A stretch of DNA of 64,000 nucleotides from an uncultured Thiotrichales bacterium (lineage in GTDB: Bacteria; Pseudomonadota; Gammaproteobacteria; UWMA-0217): positions 6,310 through 70,309 of the forward strand of contig CAYTPO010000142.1 of the NCBI GenBank assembly GCA_964439815.1, in the 5' to 3' direction. The notes beneath the pieces are model-generated. The model ran no database searches. It saw only the letters and a program-made list of their open reading frames with translations, and was not told the origin of the DNA. This document shows, in pieces, positions 1 to 10,998 of the stretch (position 1 is its first letter; every line of letters begins with the position of its first letter). Position numbers and translations under genes: made by a program.

Positions 1-677
1 TGCAAGTTTGCGGATCTTGCGATACTGCGGCTGGCAGCAGGCCAGCGTGCCTCGATTTGCGGCAAAATGATCTTGCGCAAATAGTTACGATCGAAGCGAA
101 TATCGCTGTTCGAAGGATCTTCGATCCACGGCACCTCCCTGGCAAGCAGAAAGTCCACCAACGCTTGTCGCCTGAATGCCAGCAGGGGGCGGAGCAGAAA
201 ACCGCTGGAAAACTCGCGCAGTCGAGGCATTGCAGCCAGTCCATCGGTGCCAGCCCCCTTGATCAGGTGCAGCAGCAGGGTTTCGGCCTGATCATCCAGG
301 TGGTGCGCCGTCACCAGCGCCTCACCGCTTTCGAGACGCTTGGCAATGGCGTTATAACGCAGGCGCCGGGCTGCGGCTTCCAGACTCTCCCGCTGCTGGC
401 GAACTACCGAGATGTCGAGAATATCGAGCGCGATGTCGTGTTGTTCGCACAGGCGTTTGCAAAAGTCGGCCCACGCATCAGCCTCATTCTGCAGGCCATG
501 ATGCACATGCACGGCACGCACCGGTCGCCGCAGCGCTGGCCGCAGTTCGGCCATGGCGACCAGCAGTGCCACGGAATCGGCACCACCGCTCAGGGCGATG
601 CGATATCCGGTTACAGGGGGTATCGATCGAAAAACTTCCAGAATGGAAGCTGGATGAAAACAAGTCGCCGGATTCAC
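1..677 (-). CDS. tilS: tRNA(Ile)-lysidine synthetase, 5' part of the gene truncated by the window edge. Translating the minus strand gives the PP-loop motif ALSGGADSVALL and other TilS-like segments. The start is probably GTG at 677.
   Basis: Manual minus-strand translation of 1-677 shows SGGxDS and HHLDDQAETLLL TilS motifs. accA-tilS adjacency as in E. coli. Runs off the window edge, so it is absent from the ORF track. Confidence 0.7.
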   Translation of the reverse strand, partial: MNPATCFHPASILEVFRSIPPVTGYRIALSGGADSVALLVAMAELRPALRRPVRAVHVHHGLQNEADAWADFCKRLCEQHDIALDILDISVVRQQRESLEAAARRLRYNAIAKRLESGEALVTAHHLDDQAETLLLHLIKGAGTDGLAAMPRLREFSSGFLLRPLLAFRRQALVDFLLAREVPWIEDPSNSDIRFDRNYLRKIILPQIEARWPAASRSIARSANL

Positions 678-834
678 GGCAATGGGTGGCTATTCAGCAC
701 TTTTGGATTTTGCTTCAGACCAAGGCGTTTTCGTGCACAGTGAAGAAGCATACACGCAGTATCTGAGCGAGCGAGCACGAAAATACCACCGATACCAAAA
801 GACAAATGCACCGAGAAGTGACAACAATGGCAGC

Positions 835-1827
835 CTAACCCGTAAACTGCCCATAGGACATCAGCCGCTCGTAACGACGTTCCACCAACTCATCCCTGCT
901 ATAGCTCTTGAGCTGTTGCAGGGCGGCATCAATGGCAGTTGCTATCGCACTGCTGACGGCATCGAGGTCGCGATGCGCACCACCCAGCGGCTCGGGAATG
1001 ATCTCGTCGATCAGCTTCAGCTCCTTGAGCTTTTCCGCCGTGATCCCCAACGCCTCGGCAGCATCAGAGGCCTTGTCGGCACTTTTCCAGAGAATCGATG
1101 CGCACCCTTCCGGCGAGATGACGGAGTAGGTGCTGTACTGCAGCATCATGACATGATCACCGACGCCAATAGCCAGTGCGCCACCTGATCCGCCTTCACC
1201 GATCACCGTGCAGATGATCGGTACCGTCAGCTCCGACATCTCCATCAGGTTGCGAGCGATCGCCTCGCTCTGTCCGCGCTCTTCGGCGCCAACACCCGGA
1301 TAGGCACCGGGAGTATCGATCAACGTAATGATCGGCACACGAAAGCGCTCGGCCAGACGCATCAACCTGAGTGCCTTGCGATAGCCTTCCGGTCTTGGCA
1401 TCCCGAAATTGCGCTTGAGTTTTTCCTTGGTATCACGACCTTTCTGATGACCGATGACCATCACGGTCTGGTCATTGAATCGCGCCAGGCCACCGACAAT
1501 GGCAGGATCGTCCTTGAAGGCGCGATCCCCATGCAGCTCACGAAATTCGGAGAAGAGGGATTTTGTATAGTCGAGGGTATAGGGACGCAGCGGATGGCGC
1601 GCCAGCTGGGACACCTGCCAGGCATTGAGTTTGGAGAAGATCGAGGCCGTCAGACTGCGGCCCTTCTCCTCCAGCTTGGCAATCTCATCCCCCAGATTGA
1701 CCCCGCTACCATCGCCGACATAGCGCAGCTCGTTGATCTTTGCTTCCAGTTCGGCAATCGGTTGTTCAAAATCGAGATAATCCGGGTTCATGTCGTACCG
1801 TTTTCTGGGGAAAATTAGGTTTTGCAA
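835..1827 (-). CDS. accA: Acetyl-CoA carboxylase carboxyltransferase alpha subunit
   Basis: 330-aa ORF, colinear with AccA along its full length ([31 protein letters not shown]..., [13 protein letters not shown]). Confidence 0.95.
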   Translation of the reverse strand: MQNLIFPRKRYDMNPDYLDFEQPIAELEAKINELRYVGDGSGVNLGDEIAKLEEKGRSLTASIFSKLNAWQVSQLARHPLRPYTLDYTKSLFSEFRELHGDRAFKDDPAIVGGLARFNDQTVMVIGHQKGRDTKEKLKRNFGMPRPEGYRKALRLMRLAERFRVPIITLIDTPGAYPGVGAEERGQSEAIARNLMEMSELTVPIICTVIGEGGSGGALAIGVGDHVMMLQYSTYSVISPEGCASILWKSADKASDAAEALGITAEKLKELKLIDEIIPEPLGGAHRDLDAVSSAIATAIDAALQQLKSYSRDELVERRYERLMSYGQFTG

Positions 1828-2049
1828 CTACTCAGCAAGTAGTCCATATATGCAGTAGCTGCTCAGACTGCCTCTGAAATCCGCCAGATCAAGGTAAAAA
1901 AAACGGGAGCTTGCAAGCGTTGAGTAACCACTTGGCAGTTACCTCTGTGCTTTGCTAAAACGACCATTCTTGACGCAATGACGACAGATTCCAGTATTGA
2001 GCTGAATCATCAATATATTTTATCGAATTAATCAGCTGATGTAACTATT

Positions 2050-2106
2050 CACCTGAATCCTGGTACTCCACCCAACCTGATTTGATGGGGTACCAGGATT
2101 CAGGTG
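2050..2106. repeat. REP-like palindromic element with a perfect 17-bp inverted repeat (cacctgaatcctggtac / gtaccaggattcaggtg) and a 23-nt loop. It sits immediately 3' of the ribBA stop, has no U-tract, and is probably an RNA hairpin or terminator.
   Basis: Inverted repeat read directly at 2050-2066 and 2090-2106. Shares the core CCTGAATCC / GGATTCAGGTG with elements at 27817-27842, 42131-42170 and 25601-25618. Confidence 0.7.
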
Positions 2107-2107
2107 C

Positions 2108-3238
2108 TCAGCTCTTTTCCCAAATATAATCCACAACTTCGAGATCGAAACCTCCGAGGGCATGAAACTTCTTCGGGGCACTGAGCAGGCGCATCTTGCG
2201 GATACCCAGATCAAGCAGAATCTGGGCGCCGACACCAAAGGTTCGCAGATCCTCTGGCGCATTGGCGGCCTTCTTCTCTTCAGATTCGGACGGCTGACCC
2301 AGTTGGCGGATTCGTTGCACCAGATGCTGGCTCGACTCCGGCTGACGCAGGATCACCACCGCACCACACCCATCATCGGCAATACGCCGCATCGCATCAT
2401 GCAACGGCCAGCCGAATCCCTCTCCCGTTATGGCCAACTGATCCGCCAGGGAATCCTGCAGATGCACCCGTACCATGGCCGGCTGCTCACCCGCCACATC
2501 CCCCTTGACCAGCGCAAAATGGATATGCCCGGAGATATGATTCTCGTAGGTAATCAACTCGAATTCGCCAAACTCGGTTGTGATGTGCGTCTGCGCCACA
2601 CGTTCGACCGACTTTTCATTCTCGACCCGATAGTGAATCAGATCCTCGATGGTGCCGATCTTGAGATCATGCTCCGCAGCAAATTTCTCCAGATCGGGCC
2701 GCCGCGCCATCGAACCATCCTCATTGAGGATTTCAACGATGACTGCTGCAGGCTCCAACCCCGCAAGCCGTGCCAGATCACAACCGGCCTCGGTATGGCC
2801 GGCGCGGGTCAATACGCCCCCGGCCTTTGCCATCAGCGGGAAGACATGCCCGGGCTGAACGATATCTTCGGGCCGGGCATTGGGTGCAATGGCCTGGCGC
2901 ACCGTATGCGCCCGATCGTAGGCAGATATTCCGGTAGTGACCCCCTCGGCCGCCTCGATCGATACCGTAAAGTTGGTGCCATGCTCATCAGTCGCAGTCT
3001 CCACCATCAATGGCAGCGCCAACTGCTTGCAGCGCTCACGCGTCAGCGTCAGGCAGATCAGGCCCCGACCATACTGCGCCATGAAATTGATGTCTTCCGG
3101 CCGGACCATCGAGGCCGCCATCAGCAGATCACCTTCGTTCTCACGATCTTCGTCATCGACGATAATGACCATTTTCCCAGCGCGAATATCGTCCAGGATA
3201 TCTTCTACGGTATTGAATGCCATGTATTTTCCAGTCAA
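2108..3238 (-). CDS. ribBA: Bifunctional 3,4-dihydroxy-2-butanone-4-phosphate synthase / GTP cyclohydrolase II-like protein (RibBA)
   Basis: 376 aa. N-terminal DHBP synthase signature ([18 protein letters not shown]) followed by a GTP cyclohydrolase II-like C-terminal domain. Confidence 0.9.
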   Translation of the reverse strand: MTGKYMAFNTVEDILDDIRAGKMVIIVDDEDRENEGDLLMAASMVRPEDINFMAQYGRGLICLTLTRERCKQLALPLMVETATDEHGTNFTVSIEAAEGVTTGISAYDRAHTVRQAIAPNARPEDIVQPGHVFPLMAKAGGVLTRAGHTEAGCDLARLAGLEPAAVIVEILNEDGSMARRPDLEKFAAEHDLKIGTIEDLIHYRVENEKSVERVAQTHITTEFGEFELITYENHISGHIHFALVKGDVAGEQPAMVRVHLQDSLADQLAITGEGFGWPLHDAMRRIADDGCGAVVILRQPESSQHLVQRIRQLGQPSESEEKKAANAPEDLRTFGVGAQILLDLGIRKMRLLSAPKKFHALGGFDLEVVDYIWEKS

Positions 3239-3918
3239 CTCATCTTGCTGCCGGTCATGAAACCGGCGGAAGCCAGCAGGGTTCGGGAAACGCCGTCATC
3301 CCCGCCGCTGTTGTCCACTTCCGCAGGCCCACCAAGCAGCAGGCGCTCCAGATATCGCGCGATGATATCGACTTCCAGATTCACCCGCGTTCCAACCGTA
3401 GCGGTATTAAGGTTGGTCTCTTCCAGCGTATGCGGGACGATATTGAGCCCAAACACATCACCATCGATACCATTCACCGTCAGGCTGATACCCTGAACGC
3501 AGATCGAACCCTTGGCGGCAATGTAACGCAACAGCGATTCGGGAGCACGAATATCCAGGCGGATGGAGCGGCCATCATCCTTTATGGAGACAATCTCCCC
3601 GACACCATCGACGTGGCCGCTGACCAGATGACCACCAAGCCGTGTCGTTGGCGTCAACGCCTTTTCCAGGTTGACTGGCGAACCACTCTCAAGAGCGCCT
3701 AGTGTCGTGCAGGCCAGCGTTTCATTGGAGACATCGGCCATGAAATGATCGGTGCCGAACTCGATCACCGTCAGGCAGACACCATTGACAGCGATACTGT
3801 CTCCCAGCGCGACGTCGCTCATATCCAGCTTGTTGACGCCAATATCGAAGCGCCTGTCACCACCCTGGGGTGATGAGCCACGCAGCTCGCCAACGGATTC
3901 GATGATTCCAGTAAACAT
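3235..3918 (-). CDS. ribE: Riboflavin synthase alpha subunit
   Basis: 227 aa. The [12 protein letters not shown]... N-terminus and two lumazine-binding repeats align with E. coli riboflavin synthase. Confidence 0.9.
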   Translation of the reverse strand: MFTGIIESVGELRGSSPQGGDRRFDIGVNKLDMSDVALGDSIAVNGVCLTVIEFGTDHFMADVSNETLACTTLGALESGSPVNLEKALTPTTRLGGHLVSGHVDGVGEIVSIKDDGRSIRLDIRAPESLLRYIAAKGSICVQGISLTVNGIDGDVFGLNIVPHTLEETNLNTATVGTRVNLEVDIIARYLERLLLGGPAEVDNSGGDDGVSRTLLASAGFMTGSKMS

Positions 3919-4511
3919 CAGGTCAGTACCATTTCAGGGTTATGTTGATCCAGCGTCACACAATAGCAACTCAGCGGCAAGGCCGTGGTGGTGCTGAATT
4001 CAGCGCTGGCGGTGATCGCAGCCCGGGCGATCGCTTGCGCATCATCCAGGCGATCATAGAGGGCATGCATCGCGCCCAGGGCAAACTCCGATCCCGAGCC
4101 GATGGCCCAGAAACGGGTGTATTCAAACACTTCGCGCAGGGAAAAAACCCCGAAAATGCCTTTTCTGTTGATCAGCAGCGCATCGATATGCGTCGACTCA
4201 TAGGCATCATCCTCATCCTCCTTGGGATTGAGGAAGTATTGCTCCTTCAATACCGGGTGGAGCTTGCGGAAACTGTCAAAGATCTTGCGCCGCCCGAGAA
4301 ATTCCAGATCATCGAGGCTTTCACAGGCACTTTCCAGCACCATCTGGTGTGCCGCGCTGCCAACGATACCGATATGGCTCTCGTGAGTATGAAAGACCTT
4401 GTCACTGGCCGCATCAAGCTTTGCACTCTGGCGGGTATCGCCAAAGGTGGTCAGACTGTCAGCGGCAATACAGGCCTTGTCGTTCTTGCGTACCACGACT
4501 ATGGTTGACAT
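3918..4511 (-). CDS. HslV/proteasome-beta-like Ntn-hydrolase homologue, translationally coupled between ribD and ribE
   Basis: The 197-aa ORF aligns with HslV along its whole length ([10 protein letters not shown]...[12 protein letters not shown] vs [41 protein letters not shown] vs AIGSGGPYAQAAARAL). It overlaps the ribD stop (4499-4511) and abuts the ribE start at 3918. Confidence 0.6.
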   Translation of the reverse strand: [197 protein letters not shown]

Positions 4512-5626
4512 GCGGGCCTCGCGGTAATGCGCCAGTCTTGTCCAACCGGCATGATTTCCCGGATCTGTAGTGCGATTCTTTCATTCATGGTCGAGATACC
4601 GGGAAGCGTAGCCAGCCCCCTGCCCTGATCGCCCATCAGGTGCGGCGCCATATAGACGATCAATTCATCAACCAGTGACTGCTCCAGCAACGCTCCGGCA
4701 AGTGTGGCCCCTGCCTCGACATGACATTCATTGACCTCGTGTTCGGCCAGCACCTTCAGCACCAACGGCAAATCCAGCCGATCATGCTCATGCTGCCGGG
4801 GTATCCGTACCAGCGCTGCGCCTCGCGCGATCAGCGTCTGCTGACGCCGTGCATCATCACAATCATGAATGATCAATACCCGCCCCTCGACACGCAGAAT
4901 ATTGGCATCGGGCGGGGTCCGCAAATCGCTGTCCAGAATGACACGCAGCGGTTGAGAAGGTGGTAGGGCACTACCCAGTACGGCGGGTGAAATCCGGAGG
5001 TTCATCGAAGGATTGTCCGCCAGTACGGTACCAATGCCCGTCATGATCGCGCCACTGCGGGCGCGCAACCGCTGCACATCCTCACGCGCGGCAGGGCCGG
5101 TGATCCACATGCTCTCGCCCGATGCCATCGCGGTGCGCCCATCCAGACTCATCGCCATCTTGACCCGGACCCAGGGCCGCCCGACCGTCATGCGCTTGAT
5201 GAAACCGGGATTGAGCGCCCTCGCCTCGGCTTCCAGCAAACCGCAGTCCACCGCAATCCCCTGATCGCGCAACTGGCGAATACCTCTGCCGGATACCAGC
5301 GGGTTGGGGTCTTCCATCGCAACCACAACGCGCGCGACGCGCGCTTGAATGAGTGACCGGGTACAGGGGCCTGTCTTGCCGGTGTGACTGCAGGGTTCCA
5401 GCGTGACATAGGCGGTGGCACCGCGGGCGGCATCCCCGGCAGCAACCAGGGCATTGATTTCCGCATGAGGCCCACCCGCATACTGATGATGGCCCTCACC
5501 AACGATTACCCCCTCCCGAACCAGCACGCAACCGACCCGAGGGTTGGGCTGCGTCGTATAGAGCCCACGCTTTGCCAATCGCAGCGCACGGGCCATCATG
5601 GCATGATCGGTTGCAGTAAACGGCAC
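4499..5626 (-). CDS. ribD: Bifunctional diaminohydroxyphosphoribosylaminopyrimidine deaminase / 5-amino-6-(5-phosphoribosylamino)uracil reductase
   Basis: 375 aa. CMP/dCMP deaminase zinc motif (HAEINAL...LEPCSHTGKTGPC) plus a C-terminal reductase domain. Confidence 0.9.
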   Translation of the reverse strand: MPFTATDHAMMARALRLAKRGLYTTQPNPRVGCVLVREGVIVGEGHHQYAGGPHAEINALVAAGDAARGATAYVTLEPCSHTGKTGPCTRSLIQARVARVVVAMEDPNPLVSGRGIRQLRDQGIAVDCGLLEAEARALNPGFIKRMTVGRPWVRVKMAMSLDGRTAMASGESMWITGPAAREDVQRLRARSGAIMTGIGTVLADNPSMNLRISPAVLGSALPPSQPLRVILDSDLRTPPDANILRVEGRVLIIHDCDDARRQQTLIARGAALVRIPRQHEHDRLDLPLVLKVLAEHEVNECHVEAGATLAGALLEQSLVDELIVYMAPHLMGDQGRGLATLPGISTMNERIALQIREIMPVGQDWRITARPACQP

Positions 5627-5628
5627 CG

Positions 5629-6129
5629 CTATTCGGCATCCAGAAAGGACGTCTGATGCTTGCGCATTTCCGGCGACAGATCCTTTTCGAGGCGCTCGAT
5701 GGTTTCACGAAAGGCATCCATGTCATCAAAACTGAGATACACCGAAGCAAAGCGGATATAGGCAACCTGATCCAGATTGCGCAGCTCTTCCATGACCCAT
5801 TCACCAACCCTGGCAGCAGGAATTTCGCGTATGCCGCTACTCAGCAGCTTGTACTTTATCCTGCTGACGGCGGCATCGACATCCTCGGTCCTGACCGGCC
5901 GTTTTTCCAGAGAGCGCTCGATACCACTGAGCAATTTCTGCTCATCGAATGCCTCACGTCTGCCATCGCGCTTGACCAGGCGCGGCAGATTCAGTTCGGC
6001 TGTCTCGTAGGTCGTAAAACGTTCGGAACACTCCAGGCACTGGCGACGGCGTCGCACCTGCGAACCCTCATTCGCCAATCTGGAGTCGATGACCTTGGTT
6101 TCAGTCGCCTTGCAGAATGGACAGCGCAT
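5629..6129 (-). CDS. nrdR: Transcriptional repressor NrdR
   Basis: 166 aa. [18 protein letters not shown] zinc-ribbon N-terminus plus an ATP-cone, colinear with NrdR. Confidence 0.95.
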   Translation of the reverse strand: MRCPFCKATETKVIDSRLANEGSQVRRRRQCLECSERFTTYETAELNLPRLVKRDGRREAFDEQKLLSGIERSLEKRPVRTEDVDAAVSRIKYKLLSSGIREIPAARVGEWVMEELRNLDQVAYIRFASVYLSFDDMDAFRETIERLEKDLSPEMRKHQTSFLDAE

Positions 6130-6135
6130 GGCAGA

Positions 6136-7398
6136 TCAATCGGCCTTCTGATAGACGGGCAACCGCCCACAGATAGCCAGCACCTTCTCCCGGACCTCTG
6201 CAATTACCGTCTCGTTGTCGATATCATCAAGCACATCGCAGATCCAGCCAGCCAACTCGCGCGAGTCGGCTTCGCTGAAACCCCGTGTGGTGATGGCGGG
6301 AGAGCCAATACGGATGCCACTGGTCACGAAAGGCGACTCGGGATCATTGGGCACCGAATTCTTGTTAACGGTGATATTGGCGCTGCCCAGTGCAGCATCC
6401 GCCTGCTTGCCTGTCATGGGCTTGTCGATCAAATCCACCAGGAACAGGTGGTTGTCGGTACCGCCGGAAACGATGTTGTAACCGCGCGTCATCATAGTAT
6501 CGGCCATGGCCCGCGCATTGGTGACAACCTGCTGCTGATAGGTCTTGAAATCAGGCTCCAGCGCCTCCTTGAAGGCCACCGCCTTGGCTGCAATCACATG
6601 CATCAGCGGGCCACCTTGGGTACCGGGAAAGACCAGCGAATTGAGCTTCTTCTCGATCTCAGGATTGGATTTGGCCAGAATGATACCGCCACGTGGTCCG
6701 CGCAGCGTCTTGTGGGTCGTCGACGTAGTGACATCGGCAATCGCGACCGGGCTGGGGTAGACACCCGCCGCCACCAGTCCGGCGACGTGCGCCATGTCGA
6801 CAAACAGATAGGCGCCAACCGCATCGGCAATCTCGCGGAACCTCTGCCAGTCCACGACGCGCGAGTAGGCGGAAAACCCCGCCACGACCATTTTCGGCTT
6901 GTGCTCCCGTGCCAGCCGCTCGACCTCATCGTAATCGATCTCGCCGGTTTCGGCATTCAGACCGTACTGCACCGCATTGAACAACTTGCCGGAAAAATTG
7001 ACTTTCGCACCATGCGTCAGATGTCCACCGTGCGCCAGGCTCATGCCCAGAATGGTGTCGCCGGCATTGAGCAGCGCCAGATAGACCGCCGCGTTGGCCT
7101 GGGAGCCGGAATGTGGCTGGACGTTGGCATAATCGGCGTCGAATAGCGTCTTGACACGATCGATGGCCAGCTGTTCGGCGATATCGACATACTCGCAGCC
7201 CCCGTAGTAACGCTTGTGGGGATAACCTTCCGCATATTTGTTGGTCAACACCGAGCCCTGTGCCTCCATGACCCGGGGGCTGGTGTAATTCTCGGAGGCA
7301 ATCAGTTCTATATGCTCTTCCTGGCGGCGCTCCTCATTGGTCATCGCAGCCCACAGTTCATCATCGTAACCGGCAATCGTCATATCAGCTGAAAACAT
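6136..7398 (-). CDS. glyA: Serine hydroxymethyltransferase. The ORF-track entry is extended upstream; the real start is at [13 protein letters not shown] (ATG at 7398), preceded by GGAGG.
   Basis: Colinear with GlyA ([30 protein letters not shown]..., [11 protein letters not shown]). A ribosome-binding site precedes the internal ATG. Confidence 0.9.
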   Translation of the reverse strand: MFSADMTIAGYDDELWAAMTNEERRQEEHIELIASENYTSPRVMEAQGSVLTNKYAEGYPHKRYYGGCEYVDIAEQLAIDRVKTLFDADYANVQPHSGSQANAAVYLALLNAGDTILGMSLAHGGHLTHGAKVNFSGKLFNAVQYGLNAETGEIDYDEVERLAREHKPKMVVAGFSAYSRVVDWQRFREIADAVGAYLFVDMAHVAGLVAAGVYPSPVAIADVTTSTTHKTLRGPRGGIILAKSNPEIEKKLNSLVFPGTQGGPLMHVIAAKAVAFKEALEPDFKTYQQQVVTNARAMADTMMTRGYNIVSGGTDNHLFLVDLIDKPMTGKQADAALGSANITVNKNSVPNDPESPFVTSGIRIGSPAITTRGFSEADSRELAGWICDVLDDIDNETVIAEVREKVLAICGRLPVYQKAD

Positions 7399-7654
7399 GG
7401 ATGCCTCCGGAGGCAATTTGAATTGGAGCGCGATTATACAATTTTTTGCGGTCTGAGGAAGGCCTGCATACCGTATATAGTGGATCACAACCCCCTCGTG
7501 CACTTCACGTAAAAAACCCACCGGGGAACTAATCCCCTGCCTCCGACTCTTAAGCTGGAAACACACCCTGCCATCGCCACGTGACCCTCGGGATTCGGGC
7601 CACACCGGTATCGGTGTTTCACACTTAAACCAGATATAAAGTGAATAATAAGGA

Positions 7655-8464
7655 ATGTCCAGAATCTTATTGATTACCATGGAATTATTGGTAGTCTCGC
7701 TGATCAGTTGGTACTGCGTCACACGGGAAGCAAGTGACATTGAAGCCGACCTCTCGATGCGTACGATGGCTGCGTTGAACTATATCGGCCTGAGTTCACC
7801 ACAGATTCTCATGTCCGGACAGACCGTTACGCTACGCGGAGCCATCGCATCCGCAGACGACCGTGAACAGGCGGAAAACGCGGCAGCCAACGTCTGGGGT
7901 GTCAGTCGGGTCGTCAATGAATTGCAGATACCCACGGCAACACAACAACCACCCCAACCACCCGTCATCAGGGATACCAACGAAGCCGACCTCTCCCGGA
8001 TCACCGCATCCAGCCCCGCACAAGACCACTCCAACGCGGACATTTCTCCGGGAGACCCTACCGACCAGTGCAACCGACAATTGGCAGATATCGTCAATAA
8101 ACGGAAAGTGGCTTTCTCGCTGGGCAGCCATGAGCTGAACGACGCTTCACTGCCCCTGCTGGATGCAGTAGCCAATCTGCTGTCCCGCTGCCCGAACCGG
8201 ACGCTCAGAATAGAAGGTCACACCGATGGTGAGGGGGACGAGGCAGACAATCTGGCACTGAGCGAAGCACGGGCCCGCAGCGTCGCCAACTATCTGCAGT
8301 CACATGGCATCTCCAGCACGCGCATCAGCATCCATGGCATGGGGGAGTCCAGGCCAATTGCAAGCAATACGACAGTGGCAGGTCGGGAGAAAAATCGTCG
8401 CATCGAGTTCATCCTCCTTCCCGCCAATCCCTCCACCAACAATCACATCGACAGGAAACCGTAA
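7655..8464 (+). CDS. Membrane-anchored BON-domain / OmpA-like peptidoglycan-binding protein
   Basis: N-terminal TM segment, then a BON-like segment ([37 protein letters not shown]), a Q/P-rich linker and a C-terminal OmpA_C motif ([33 protein letters not shown]). Confidence 0.7.
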   Translation: MSRILLITMELLVVSLISWYCVTREASDIEADLSMRTMAALNYIGLSSPQILMSGQTVTLRGAIASADDREQAENAAANVWGVSRVVNELQIPTATQQPPQPPVIRDTNEADLSRITASSPAQDHSNADISPGDPTDQCNRQLADIVNKRKVAFSLGSHELNDASLPLLDAVANLLSRCPNRTLRIEGHTDGEGDEADNLALSEARARSVANYLQSHGISSTRISIHGMGESRPIASNTTVAGREKNRRIEFILLPANPSTNNHIDRKP

Positions 8465-8467
8465 GGC

Positions 8468-9223
8468 ATGACTTACCTCATTACCAAAATGCTCTTGTGC
8501 CTGCTGTTCACCCTGCTGCTGGGGCTGCTGATTGGTTGGCAATTGCGTGGATTCACCTACCGGCACCGCGACACGGTTCTGTCCGAGGAGCTGCAGGAGG
8601 CCAACGACCACCTGCTGCAAACCGAAAAGGAGCGGGATGCACTGTTCCTGAAACTGGAGCGGATGGAACAGGATAATCTGGACCTCAACACCCGTCTGAT
8701 GAACATCTCGATACCATCGGACGATCCGTCGACTGTGGAGCTGGAGAATATTGCCCGACGCCTGCAGAAGCTGGAAGAGGCCAATCTGGCTCTCAAATCG
8801 CGGGTGGATGGCATCGACAGCCAGAGCGGCAACTATCCCCTGGCTGAAATCGAGCGCCTGACAGCCGAAGAGGTGGCCCTGTTCGAGCGTGTTGGCATCG
8901 ACAACACCCAGGCGCTGCTGGAGGAAGGGGCAACCCCGGAAGGGCGCCAGGACATTGCTGCCCGTACGGGTATCGACGAGGCAGAGATTCGCCATCTGAC
9001 CACCATTGCAGACCTGCTAAGGGTTCCCGGCATCACCGGCTCCTTCGCCAACCTGATTGCCGCAACCGGCATCGAGTCCGTTTCCCACCTGAGTGAACAG
9101 AAACCCTACCAGTTTGCCCTCAAGCTCAAGGAAATCAACACGGAGCTGCAGCTCCTCCCCACCTGCCCCGGAGCCACAACCGTCAGCCAATGGGTCGACG
9201 AAGCCGCACAACTGCAAGCTTAA
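8468..9223 (+). CDS. Membrane-anchored coiled-coil protein with a C-terminal DUF4332-like helix-hairpin-helix region. Its start lies 4 nt after the previous stop.
   Basis: N-terminal TM helix (LLCLLFTLLLGLLIGW), a heptad-rich middle, and C-terminal GIDEAEIRHL...VPGITGSFANLIAATGIES. The assignment is by memory of the DUF4332 pattern only. Confidence 0.45.
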   Translation: MTYLITKMLLCLLFTLLLGLLIGWQLRGFTYRHRDTVLSEELQEANDHLLQTEKERDALFLKLERMEQDNLDLNTRLMNISIPSDDPSTVELENIARRLQKLEEANLALKSRVDGIDSQSGNYPLAEIERLTAEEVALFERVGIDNTQALLEEGATPEGRQDIAARTGIDEAEIRHLTTIADLLRVPGITGSFANLIAATGIESVSHLSEQKPYQFALKLKEINTELQLLPTCPGATTVSQWVDEAAQLQA

Positions 9224-9330
9224 GTCAGGTTCGATGGAGTAGTAGATGTCGGGGGAAACCCACCCGTCACTTGTCCCTGACAACTCAATACTGAATAATC
9301 ACGGTTCCTTTCAAAAACTTACCGTGCAGT

Positions 9331-10998
<1,668 letters not shown>

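Noticed and set aside
57-743. Plus-strand 228-aa ORF at the window start
   Set aside because: The minus strand over the same span encodes a clear TilS with the SGGADS PP-loop. The plus ORF has no recognisable motifs and is an antisense artefact.
2162-3496. 444-aa plus-strand ORF antisense to ribBA/ribE
   Set aside because: It lies entirely opposite two strongly supported rib genes. Long antisense ORFs are expected in DNA of this GC content. No domain recognised.
5656-7146. 496-aa plus-strand ORF antisense to nrdR and glyA
   Set aside because: It overlaps the unambiguous NrdR and GlyA coding sequences and has low-complexity Arg/Gly-rich composition typical of GC-driven antisense frames.
6136-7740. 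534-aa ORF-track version of the glyA region with a 113-aa N-terminal extension
   Set aside because: The extension has no similarity to GlyA. The internal ATG at 7398 is preceded by GGAGG and gives a canonical 421-aa serine hydroxymethyltransferase.
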